Source: Candidatus Thiodiazotropha sp.
GTDB taxonomy: Bacteria > Pseudomonadota > Gammaproteobacteria > Chromatiales > Chromatiaceae
Length of the DNA stretch: 64,000 nucleotides
Direction: 5' to 3'
NCBI GenBank assembly: GCA_040507035.1
Contig: JBEVVR010000034.1
Span: 28,589 to 92,588, forward strand
Below the pieces are notes generated by a model. That model was not told the origin of the DNA. It worked only from the letters and a program-made list of their open reading frames with translations, and ran no database searches. Each line of letters begins with the position of its first letter. Position 1 is the stretch's first letter. Both the position numbers and the translations under genes were made by a program. Shown piece after piece: positions 49,568 to 61,200 of the stretch.

Positions 49568-50023
49568 TCATTCGCAATTTTTATCGCAATTCAATAATGC
49601 AGATTTCACTCTAGGATAAGTGCCACATCGACACAACACTCTGGACATCGCTCTATCGATATCTTCTTCATTTGGAGAGTTAGTCTTATCTAGTAAAGAG
49701 GCCGCCATGAGAATCTGGCCTGACTGGCAATATCCACACTGAGGAACCTGATGTTTGATCCAAGCCTGCTGAACTTTCTTTATATTTTGATTGTGCTCGG
49801 CCCCCTCAATCGTTACCACATCCTTATCTACACAATCGGATGCTTTTAAAATACAAGAATACTGGGGGTCTCCGTCTACCAACACCATGCAACTTCCACA
49901 AGCTCCGACACCACACCCGTATTTAGTACCAGTAAGCTTTAAATAATCTCGTAAAACCCAAAGCAGTGGAATATCGTCAGGCACACTGACTTCATGAACT
50001 TTTCCATTAATTGTTAAAATCAT
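49568..50023 (-). CDS. iorA: (2Fe-2S)-binding subunit, alpha type
   Basis: 'GTKYGCGVGACGSC', 'QCGYCQSGQ', 'CRCGTY'. Confidence 0.9.
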   Translation of the reverse strand: MILTINGKVHEVSVPDDIPLLWVLRDYLKLTGTKYGCGVGACGSCMVLVDGDPQYSCILKASDCVDKDVVTIEGAEHNQNIKKVQQAWIKHQVPQCGYCQSGQILMAASLLDKTNSPNEEDIDRAMSRVLCRCGTYPRVKSALLNCDKNCE

Positions 50024-50621
50024 TTATATATTAACCTTTTGTAAAAAACAGGAATGTTACATGAATCTTTTTCATCTCTCAGATGAAGTCCAAATAGTCA
50101 TTCACTAGCGTCTAAGAGGTATAGGGAGAATAACCGCAACTCTGCTACCTATCAAGGCAGAAAAACACAAATAAGACAGACACCCCCAAATTTCCCAATT
50201 GATACCCCCCTGCCCGGCTTTCAGCCGACAATTGTCATCCACATAACCATTAAAAATAGCTGTTTTTGAGCAAAAAATAGTGGCTCAAACAGATAAAATT
50301 CACACATCAACCAACCTCAATCCTCAACTAGGGCCTGATTCCCTCTCTAATTAGTTCTAGATACAATCTCCAGGTGAAATAGCGTAAAAAACAACACTAA
50401 AATAGTGCATTCGCAGATCATGCCCTCTTTGACAGGACTCTTTCAGCTTATAACTCGCACCCATAAAACCTTAGAATCGACTTTCGAAATTCAACACTGA
50501 TAGCTTTGACCGGTCAATGAAACCACACCACATAGAATGGCGGGGCAAACGCACCGGGAGGAGAGATTTCTTTATTGGATCCATCTTGGCAAATCAAGTA
50601 TGGATGTATTAGAGGGTTCAC

Positions 50622-51080
50622 TCATTCGTCGAAGACTTTAGAAGGCCGGGTAACAACATACGTTGCCGCTACCCCAAGACCCAGGATTGCTCCCAGCGTC
50701 ATAAAATCGTTCACTGGCGCCAGCCAAATCAGTGCGGCAGAAAAAGACATACCGAGCAAGGCTGCAAGTTTTCCTGGGCGTGAAACAACACCGTGTTCGA
50801 TGTAATCCTGAATAGCTTTTCCGTAACATTCATGATTCACCAGTTTTTGGTAGAGATCTGGCGAACTCCTTGCGTAGCAGATGGCTGCACCGATCCAGAA
50901 TACGGTGGTTGGCATTAAGGGCAATAGGATCCCGATAAATCCCAGACCGGTCAGCGTATGCCCACCCCACAAACACATCAGGTGGTTCGGTGAATCTGAC
51001 TTTGCCTCTTGAAGCGAGGCACTACCCCTGGTGATGTTCAAACTCGTCGCTAGATCACTGCTGTAGTTCGATTGGTTCAT
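50622..51080 (-). CDS. YbaN/DUF454 inner membrane protein
   Basis: 'LGFIGILLPLMPTTVF...AA.CYARSS' motif. Confidence 0.8.
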   Translation of the reverse strand: MNQSNYSSDLATSLNITRGSASLQEAKSDSPNHLMCLWGGHTLTGLGFIGILLPLMPTTVFWIGAAICYARSSPDLYQKLVNHECYGKAIQDYIEHGVVSRPGKLAALLGMSFSAALIWLAPVNDFMTLGAILGLGVAATYVVTRPSKVFDE

Positions 51081-51091
51081 GATTCACCCCG

Positions 51092-51127
51092 CAAAAAAAC
51101 AGGGGGGACGCATGCTGCGCCTCCCCA
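51092..51127 (-). terminator. Intrinsic terminator after katG
   Basis: Minus strand: ggggaggcgca-gca-tgcgtcccccc followed by a T run. Confidence 0.6.
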
Positions 51128-51134
51128 ATGCTAA

Positions 51135-53315
<2,181 letters not shown>

Positions 53316-53414
53316 TCATATTGAAGGCTGAAAACAACATTCCCAAAAGGACAGGATCTCACCAGCTGTTTATCTCTTGATGTTGAGTTTAAGTAGGCTC
53401 TTATTATTTGTATA

Positions 53415-53451
53415 ATCGTTTATTTATATGTTTTTGATTGTTTTTTCCTAT
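53415..53451. promoter_or_regulatory. OxyR binding site upstream of katG
   Basis: ATCG-N7-ATAT-N7-ATTG-N7-CTAT versus the consensus ATAG-N7-CTAT-N7-ATAG-N7-CTAT: 13 of 16 matches with exact spacing. Confidence 0.72.
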
Positions 53452-53487
53452 CATTAATTCAGCGAAGTATAGAGAGGTTACGGACCT

Positions 53488-53523
53488 GAATATAGGACTG
53501 AATATAGGGACGAATATGAGGAC
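53488..53523 (+). repeat. Three tandem ~12-bp repeats
   Basis: gaatataggac-t, gaatatagggac, gaatatgaggac. Confidence 0.6.
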
Positions 53524-53589
53524 ACCTTGAGACTCCCTTTTTACCACGGACACTCCATTGAATAGCCAATTTTACTCCTGGAGTGAGCG

Positions 53590-53800
53590 ATGACAAAACG
53601 AAAAAGCTTTACATAAGAATTCATGATTGAAGCCGTTCGACTGTTCCAAGCCTGCGATATGGTTCTCAGATATTAGATTGATTAAGACCAACCAGGGCTG
53701 GCTCTATTTGGCGATCGTGCTTGATCTGTTCTCCCGTGCCATTATCGCTTGGTCGATGAGCGATCGCCCTTCATATCAAGATGCAAAAAAACCTAAATAG
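53590..53800 (+). pseudogene. IS3-family remnant (OrfA start joined to an OrfB integrase-core fragment)
   Basis: MTKRKSFT*EFMIEAVRL, then IKTNQGWLYLAIVLDLFSRAIIAWSMSDR, with the intervening ~0.6 kb missing. Confidence 0.8.
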
Positions 53801-53985
53801 TGATGGATATGGGCTTGACTATGGAAGGCGATAAAAACAACAAAACATACATTGGTATTACCAATAAGTGTGGATAAGTCATTTTTTTTACTCAAGAAAA
53901 TATCTTTTGTGACGGATTTATCATTCCAAGTAATTAAACAAATTTAATTGAAACTGCTTTAAAAAATAAAAAACCTGACGTATTC

Positions 53986-55926
53986 ATGGAGGATGGCTTG
54001 ATGACAAATCTTTCTGTGTTTGGAACTAAGGCTGAACAAATACCAACCGCATTTGTACAGCGTTACGTGAGATTTTGTCTCCTCTTTGTCTGGCTTGTCC
54101 CTGCACTCATCCTGTTACCGGGCTGTAAACCCGCGTGTGACGACGGCGTTTGCGAGCTAGGCGAGACCTGTGAAACCTGTCCCCAGGATTGCGGTCAATG
54201 TGAACAGGACCCGGTTTGTGACGACGGCGTCTGCGATTTGGATGAAACCTGCGAGACCTGTCCCCAGGACTGCGGCCAATGTGAACAGCACCCGGTCTGT
54301 GACGACGGCGTCTGCGAATCAGGTGAAAGCTGTGATAGCTGTCCACAGGATTGTGGCGTCTGTCCGTCACTGTCGGTAAGCATCACTGCGCCTGTTTCCG
54401 GCGATGTTGTCTCCGGTCCGGTTACCGTCACGGCTGACGCCACTGATACAACCGGGGTGGCTGGTGTACAGTTTCAGCTCGATGGCATCTATCTCGCCGC
54501 GGAACAGCGAAACTTCCCGTACGAAATTGTGTGGGACACGACCACAATAGGCAACGGCGATCACACGCTGTCCGCCATCGCACGAAATGTCGTGGGAGAT
54601 CTCGAACTTTCCAATGAGGTTCAGGTCACCGTAGAGAATACAACACCTTCGGACGGCTTCCCCCCGGACGATCTCGGTCCTGCTCGTGGTGGTCTGGTCT
54701 CATCTGTTGCAGACGGCATGGGAGTGGGCATCGGCGTCAATCCCGGTGATGTGAGCACCTATGCCGATGAGATCCAGAACGCCGGATTCACCTGGGTGCG
54801 CTCGCGTCTGTTGTGGAAGGCCATCGAAACCACACCCGGCGTCTACAACTGGACCGTGGCACCGAACTACGATCGCATCGCCAATGAATTCAATAACCGA
54901 GGGATTGGTGTGCTGTTCATGGTTACCTACCACAACGATACAGCCTACTCCGGCCTGTCGGGTAATCCGCCGTTCAACGCCACCGGTCGGCGGAACTTCG
55001 GTAACTTCCTCAAGGCGGCGGCAGCCCACTTCAAAGGCAGGAAGATAATGTTCGAGATCGGTAACGAACCGAACATAAAACAGTTCTGGCCCGTGGACGC
55101 CAACAACAATGGATCGGTCACCATGACAGAGGTGCGCGACGCCGCGCGAGCATACGCCGAGTTGGCCAAGGTAGCCATCCCCATGGCGAAATCAGCGGAT
55201 GGGGATCCGGATGCGTTCATCATCGGCCCAAGTCTTGCCAATCGCGGCGGACCCTATATCGGTGGTGAGGTCGGCGCCCATGTTTACATACAAGAGCTTA
55301 AAGCCGCAGGCGCTCTCGAGCCATTATTCGATCGCATCAGCATTCATCTCTATACGGCAGAAGGTAGCTTTCCCCAGCAGAATATGCCGGATGGACAGGC
55401 CCCCGAGGATGCCCATATCGAACTGTTTCGAGATCTCATCGCCGACCCCAACGCCAACATGATCAACACCGAGCATGGTTGGAAATCTGATGGAAGCGCC
55501 CTTCAGGATCAGCTGCAAGCCAGCTTCAACATTCGGGACTTCATCTATGGACTATCCCAGGGGGTTCGCATGCGTTTCTGGTTCCTCTGGAGTCACTCGT
55601 CCGGCATGACGGATTGGTTCATCGCCGGCACGCCCGCGGCGGACGCCACCCGTATTCTCGATCGTGAGTTGGGCGATTTTCACATGCTGCGCCGCGTACC
55701 CAGCGCCAATCCGGAGCACTATGTCTTCGAATTCGCGGATACGGCAGGCAACCGACGCCTCTGCGCCTGGAAGGCAAATACCTCGACCCCGGATGTGTTC
55801 ACCTATCCTTCCACGGCGGACGCAACAGTGGTCAACCTCTACGGCAACGAAGAGAGTGTGTCTTCCAATGGCACGTCGATCTCGTTGAACTTGGAGATCC
55901 ACCCTGTATATGTACGATTGCCATAA
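53986..55926 (+). CDS. Lipoprotein: three Cys-rich repeats + Ig-like domain + clan-A glycoside hydrolase (GH5/GH39-like) domain
   Basis: Lipobox LPG-C; 3x CDDGVC..GE.C..CPQDCG.C; Ig-like 'VSITAPVSGDVVSG.V.V.A.A.D..GVAGVQF'; acid/base 'EIGNEPN' and nucleophile 'INTEHGW'. Start uncertain. Confidence 0.75.
   Translation: MEDGLMTNLSVFGTKAEQIPTAFVQRYVRFCLLFVWLVPALILLPGCKPACDDGVCELGETCETCPQDCGQCEQDPVCDDGVCDLDETCETCPQDCGQCEQHPVCDDGVCESGESCDSCPQDCGVCPSLSVSITAPVSGDVVSGPVTVTADATDTTGVAGVQFQLDGIYLAAEQRNFPYEIVWDTTTIGNGDHTLSAIARNVVGDLELSNEVQVTVENTTPSDGFPPDDLGPARGGLVSSVADGMGVGIGVNPGDVSTYADEIQNAGFTWVRSRLLWKAIETTPGVYNWTVAPNYDRIANEFNNRGIGVLFMVTYHNDTAYSGLSGNPPFNATGRRNFGNFLKAAAAHFKGRKIMFEIGNEPNIKQFWPVDANNNGSVTMTEVRDAARAYAELAKVAIPMAKSADGDPDAFIIGPSLANRGGPYIGGEVGAHVYIQELKAAGALEPLFDRISIHLYTAEGSFPQQNMPDGQAPEDAHIELFRDLIADPNANMINTEHGWKSDGSALQDQLQASFNIRDFIYGLSQGVRMRFWFLWSHSSGMTDWFIAGTPAADATRILDRELGDFHMLRRVPSANPEHYVFEFADTAGNRRLCAWKANTSTPDVFTYPSTADATVVNLYGNEESVSSNGTSISLNLEIHPVYVRLP
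54136..54366 (+). repeat. Three 81-bp coding repeats (27-aa Cys-rich units)
   Basis: Units start at 54136, 54217 and 54298. Confidence 0.9.
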
Positions 55927-56433
55927 TCGAGGCGAGGCGCATTATGACAAATCAAAAAGCAGCAGACGGAGAGACCCAGATATCTCCCTCAGTATGATTA
56001 CAGATACATGATAACCCATCGACATATCATGTTTTTCGAATACGAGCATGTACTTTGATGATTTTTTATGAAGGGATTTTAAGGATAAGCTAAAAATAGG
56101 TTAGCGCCAGGCTTCGGGGCTTTTTGATAACCATTAATTCACAAGGTCAATCTACGCCATCTGCACGATTACTTTAATCTGCTTGGCTTTAGGTGGGTTT
56201 GGCTGTGAGTCTATAACTCTGAGAATCAGCATTTATCCTTCGACGATTCTTATACCGATTCGTTGGAGTATACCGTTAATCGGACTACAGCCCCCTTTTA
56301 GTAGATTACATATTGCCTGCCAACTATCTATTCGCAACATTAACCAAATCCGTATTAAGGATGCCATACGAACCAAAAATAAAGGTTTACATAGAGTAGT
56401 AATTTGTTCAATTCTGTTAGATAAATATATCGC

Positions 56434-57173
56434 CTTAGGAAGTTAAGCATATTAGGATTGATGCGAAATTCAAACATGATTGGCAAAAACAGATATTACA
56501 AGCGATCCCGAATTACAGAAAAGAAATTTCGTTTGATTATCCGATATTTTGCTCTCGACATTTCCGCATCAGACACTGCAAGGTTAACTGGAATTTCCGT
56601 GCGTTCGATTAATCCCATCTACATTAAATTACGCACTCGCCTGTCTGAAGAATGCGAAAGACTGGCTCAGTATAAAGGGATTAGCGAAACCATTGGTACC
56701 TGTTGCAGGAAAAATATGGCCCACAATAATACTGATAATAATGGAGACTGCAAAACAATGTTATTTGGTATTATCAAACAAAACGGATGGGTATATACCG
56801 AGATAATACCCGGCGATAGTAAGCAGATTCTGCAAAGTGTCATGCGAGACAAATTGAAACTAGATAGCCGTATCCATCCAGATGGCAGGCGTGAATATCA
56901 AGGTTTGATAGACATGAGTCGCGCAAAGTACTATCACATCCAAAACAGAGACAGTCACTCAGTGAGTATAAACTCAAAAATCAATGGCAGTGAAACATTT
57001 TGGGCTTATGCAAAACTGCGTTTGAGTAAAATGAAAGGCATCCGTCATGGTATGTTTTACTTCCATTTAAAAGAGACAGAATTTCGTTTTAATCATCGTC
57101 GTGAAGACGTCTATCCACTTGTTTTAAAACTACTGCGAGAGAATCCTATTTGAAACCTTTGGCTTCCTAAGAC
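56434..57173 (+). mobile_element. IS1595-family element with degenerate ends
   Basis: cttaggaagtta (56434) and cttcctaagac (57163) flank a transposase-like ORF in inverted orientation. Confidence 0.6.
56461..57153 (+). CDS. IS1595/ISXO2-like transposase derivative, apparently lacking the first catalytic Asp
   Basis: 'KNRYYKRSRITEKKFRLIIRYFALD' HTH region, 'IHPDG', 'INGSETFWAYAK', 'FHLKETEFRFNHR'. Confidence 0.75.
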   Translation: MRNSNMIGKNRYYKRSRITEKKFRLIIRYFALDISASDTARLTGISVRSINPIYIKLRTRLSEECERLAQYKGISETIGTCCRKNMAHNNTDNNGDCKTMLFGIIKQNGWVYTEIIPGDSKQILQSVMRDKLKLDSRIHPDGRREYQGLIDMSRAKYYHIQNRDSHSVSINSKINGSETFWAYAKLRLSKMKGIRHGMFYFHLKETEFRFNHRREDVYPLVLKLLRENPI

Positions 57174-57415
57174 ATCAACCCAGGTGCCGTCTTATAAATA
57201 TATTTTTCCGCCCTCACTTCCCTTGTAAGCTGCGTATATTGATGAATAGTTGACTGACGCTAACCGAATTTCTCTGATTTCATATTTTTTACTAATCTCC
57301 TTTTCTCTATCACAGCATCCATACCTTTTTTGATTTTTTTATTCATCAGCCTGCCCCCTGATTACTAACTATAATAGGTGGAGTTGCATAATTATCTGTC
57401 AATATGAGTAATAAC

Positions 57416-57737
57416 GGTCTTAGGAATTTAAAATTGTATTTTTATCCTTTCTCAACAATAAACCTTCAACCAAACATATATCCGAAATTGATAAAGTAAC
57501 ATATCTAACTAGAATATAGTGCTCATTCATCGACCAATATATATTTAACGATGTTTTTTACCGATTGATCCACAATATCTTCAGTTATCGCAAGAGCGCT
57601 ATAAGTTTCTATTGATAAAAATAATGCGAACAAATAATGATATTTTTAATCAATGGTTAGGCAAATAACCCAGCTCACTTTTTTTAAACATTTTCTCAAG
57701 TTAACTTCACTCAACAGTTACATAACTTCCTAAGACC
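57416..57737. mobile_element. MITE-like element with IS1595-type terminal inverted repeats
   Basis: ggtcttaggaattta ... taacttcctaagacc (14 of 15 match) around a 322-bp AT-rich interior with no convincing ORF. Confidence 0.55.
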
Positions 57738-58253
57738 CCATAGAAACAACCACTGAAATCAATACTCCCAACAAGTCCAACCGGTATGATTTGTCTTTTT
57801 TTATAACAACAAATGTTCAATCAAATTTTGTTGCTGTAATACTATACAGTACTTTTAACAGCCAACCACTAATCGGGTACTTACCACCGCTCATTCTTCT
57901 GCATCTTGTCAACTAAAATTCAAAGATTAAAACTAACCCGTCACTTGAACATGGGCACTTACTTAGTAGGTTTCCAACTGTCAGTAATTTGAATTTTTAA
58001 TAATGACAGATGCATTCTGTGACACGAGTCAGAGAAATTTACAAATGGATAAATAATCTATCTGAATCTAAAAAAACAGAAATAGAAATAAGCAAAAAAA
58101 ATTGACGACCTTGTGTTGTCGGTATTGTGCAATATTTGTACATGTCATGCTTTAGATAATACAGGTTCTTTTTAACGGCCTGCTTTCCAGACATGATCAA
58201 CACGCACTGGATATCGCATCAAAATATGCACATCGCACTAAGGAGAGGTTTCG

Positions 58254-61200
58254 ATGCATCTAAAGCAAAGGCGAATATTTTCCACGCAATCAGTACTGGT
58301 CTCATTACTTGTTCTTTTCACTGTACTGATCCATTCCACACAAGCACAGGCCACGTCCAGACTACTCAATAGCTGGCAGGCGGCTTATCCCAACTCATTA
58401 AGTGACGATAATCTTGCCGATCCCTGCACATTATGTCACAGCGACAATAGTTATAGTGAACTCAATGGCTATGGTTGGGACATGGATAGAATAAGTAATG
58501 ACTATTCTGCATTGGAATCTCTGAATTCAGACAATGATCCCAACAACACAAGTAACCTTGATGAGATCAATGGCAATACCCAACCAGGTTGGACCGCAGG
58601 TGCAAACAATGTCATCAACGGTGGTTCGGTAACCAGTAACGCATCACCTGCCCAGATAATCGCCGGCTTGCATGATCCAGAAGTAATCAACCAAGCACCA
58701 GTAGCGGATATCGGTGGCCCCTACAGTGGCACTCAGAATATTGAGCTAAGCTTCGATGCATCGAACTCCACAGACATAGACGGCATCATCACCGACTATG
58801 CCTGGGACTTTGGGGATGGCAGCAGTGGTAATGGAGTACAGGTTTCACATATCTACACAGCAACAGGAAACTTCAATGTCACATTGATTGTAACTGACGA
58901 CCAGGGCAACAGTACCACAGCATCCACTTCGGTTATGATTGGTGCTGGCAATCTGCCTCCTGTTGCCTATGCCATGGGGCCATACACCAGTCAAGTGGGT
59001 GAAGCGGTTAGCTTCGACGGCAGCGGCACGACCGACGCAGACGGAACGATTGTCAGTTATGATTGGAATTTTGGTGATGGCAGCTTCGGAACAGGCGTCA
59101 GTCCTACCCATGCCTACTCAGCCAGCGGCACATACAACGTCACTCTGACAGTGACCGATGATAACAATGCGGTGGATTCCGATGTCACTTCGGTCAGTGT
59201 TGAACAGGCCAATCAGGCACCAACAGCAGATCCTCGTGGCCCCTATACAGGCACAGTCAATACCGCTGTTACCTTCGATGCATCCGCTTCCAGTGATGCG
59301 GATGGTCAAATAAGCAGCTATCAATGGGATTTTGGTGACGGTACTACCGGCACAGGAGTAAATCCGTCGCATACCTATGCAGTTGCAGATGTCTATAACA
59401 TCACCCTGCAAGTGACTGACAACAACGGTGCTAGCGCTACCGCCACCACCACCGCCACGATTGGTGATGTGATCAAGGAGCCACCTACCGCCGTTGCCGG
59501 TGGACCATATACCGGCACTGTCAACCAAACTCTTGAATTAAGTGCCAGTGGCAGCACCGATCCTGACGGCCAAATCACCAGCTATACCTGGGACTTAGGT
59601 GATGGCAATTCAGCAAACGGTAGCAATGTCTCTCACACCTATAGTGATGCCGGGACTTTCAACATTACGCTTACTGTTACAGATAATGATGGCATCATGG
59701 ATACCGCCACAACCACGGCGGTTATCGGCTTGGGCAACCTATCGCCAACAGCTGACGCAAAGGGTCCCTATACAACGACCATTGGAACAAATGTCAATTT
59801 TGACGGCAGTGGCTCAGTAGATCCCGATGGCACTATTGTCGCGTATGACTGGGACTTTGGAGACAACTCAACAGGCACCGGGCCGAAACCATCCCATTCC
59901 TATAGTGCGGAAGGAACCTACAACGTAACACTTACCGTCATTGATGACAGTGGCGCCATGGACTCAGCAGCCACTACTGTAACTGTAACTTCCAATGAGG
60001 ACCCGGAGATTGTCGGTTCTGCGGAAATCACTAAGAAGTTTAACTGGGGCAGAGGTTTTCTGGGAATCGGCACCATCAACAATGATTCAAATAAGCCAAT
60101 TAACATGTGGGAGATCAGTTTCGGTGCGGATTTCGAAATATACCGTATCTGGGGAGCAAAGGTTCTTTCTCACACCGATGGCATCTATATCATTACCGCA
60201 AAAGGAGACAATCAATCCATTCTTCCTGGTGAGATGGTGAGATTCGCCTTTATTGCCGGGCCAGGGGATAGCCCGATTCCTGACGAAATAGCCTTGGTTG
60301 ACAGGGGTGAGTCAACACCGGGTAGCGGTAATCAGGAGGTCCAGACTGAAGTCACGATGGAGTCTGTCAATGAGTGGAGGAAGGGCTTTCAGGGCATGGG
60401 GTCTATACACAATACCGGTGATGAGCTGATAGATGGCTGGACCCTGAGTTTCGATGCTGACTTTGAGATTAAAAGGTTATGGAATGCCAGGATAGTTTCT
60501 CACTCAGAAAATAGGTATGTGTTGTCGGGAAAACGGCGGAGCAAAATAATAGAACCCGGTAAAGCTGTGACTTTTGGTTTCATTGCAACACCCAGCGGAT
60601 CCTTAATGCCCACTCATTTCTTGGTGAATGGGTCTGAGAGTAATGCAGGAGATGATTCCGATACTGGTGATAATTCAGATAGCGGGGATGACGCTGATAC
60701 CGGGGATGACGCCGATACCGGGGATGACGCTGATACCGGGGATGACGCTGATACCGGAGATGACGCTGATACCGGAGATGACGCTGATACCGGGGATGAC
60801 GCTGATACCGGGGATGGCAACGATACCGGGGATGGCGCTGATACCGGAGATGACGCTGATACCGGGGATGACGCTGATACCGGGGATGGCAACGATACCG
60901 GGGATGGCAACGATACCGGGGATGGTAACGATACCGGGGATGGCAACGATACCGGGGATGGCAACGATACCGGGGATGGCACCGATACCGGGGATGGCAC
61001 CGATACCGGGGATGGCACCGATACCGGGGATGGCACCGATACCGGAACCACTGTCGGCGGGCTCGATTGCTCAGGTGCGGTCTTTGGCTCCTCAGGAGCG
61101 CCGATTCGACGCCTGACTCACACCGAATACCAAAATAGTGTCGCCAGTCTGTTCCCAGGCGTGTCCCTGCCAAGCCTGAATCTACCTGTCGATCAACGCA

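Noticed and set aside
56183-56446. 87-aa ORF upstream of the IS1595-like gene
   Set aside because: TTG start without an RBS, atypical composition, and it runs into the IS end; no support.
57180-58253. Riboswitch or small CDS in the 1.1-kb AT-rich region upstream of the giant gene
   Set aside because: No c-di-GMP or other riboswitch consensus recognised; the one RBS-led minus-strand ORF near 57280 stops after seven codons.
60580-61173. Repetitive alternative-frame ORFs (RYRCHP, PVSASS, MTLIPG)
   Set aside because: By-products of the 18-bp repeat, which has no stops in several frames; the real frame is the 58254-62594 gene. Not a CRISPR array either.
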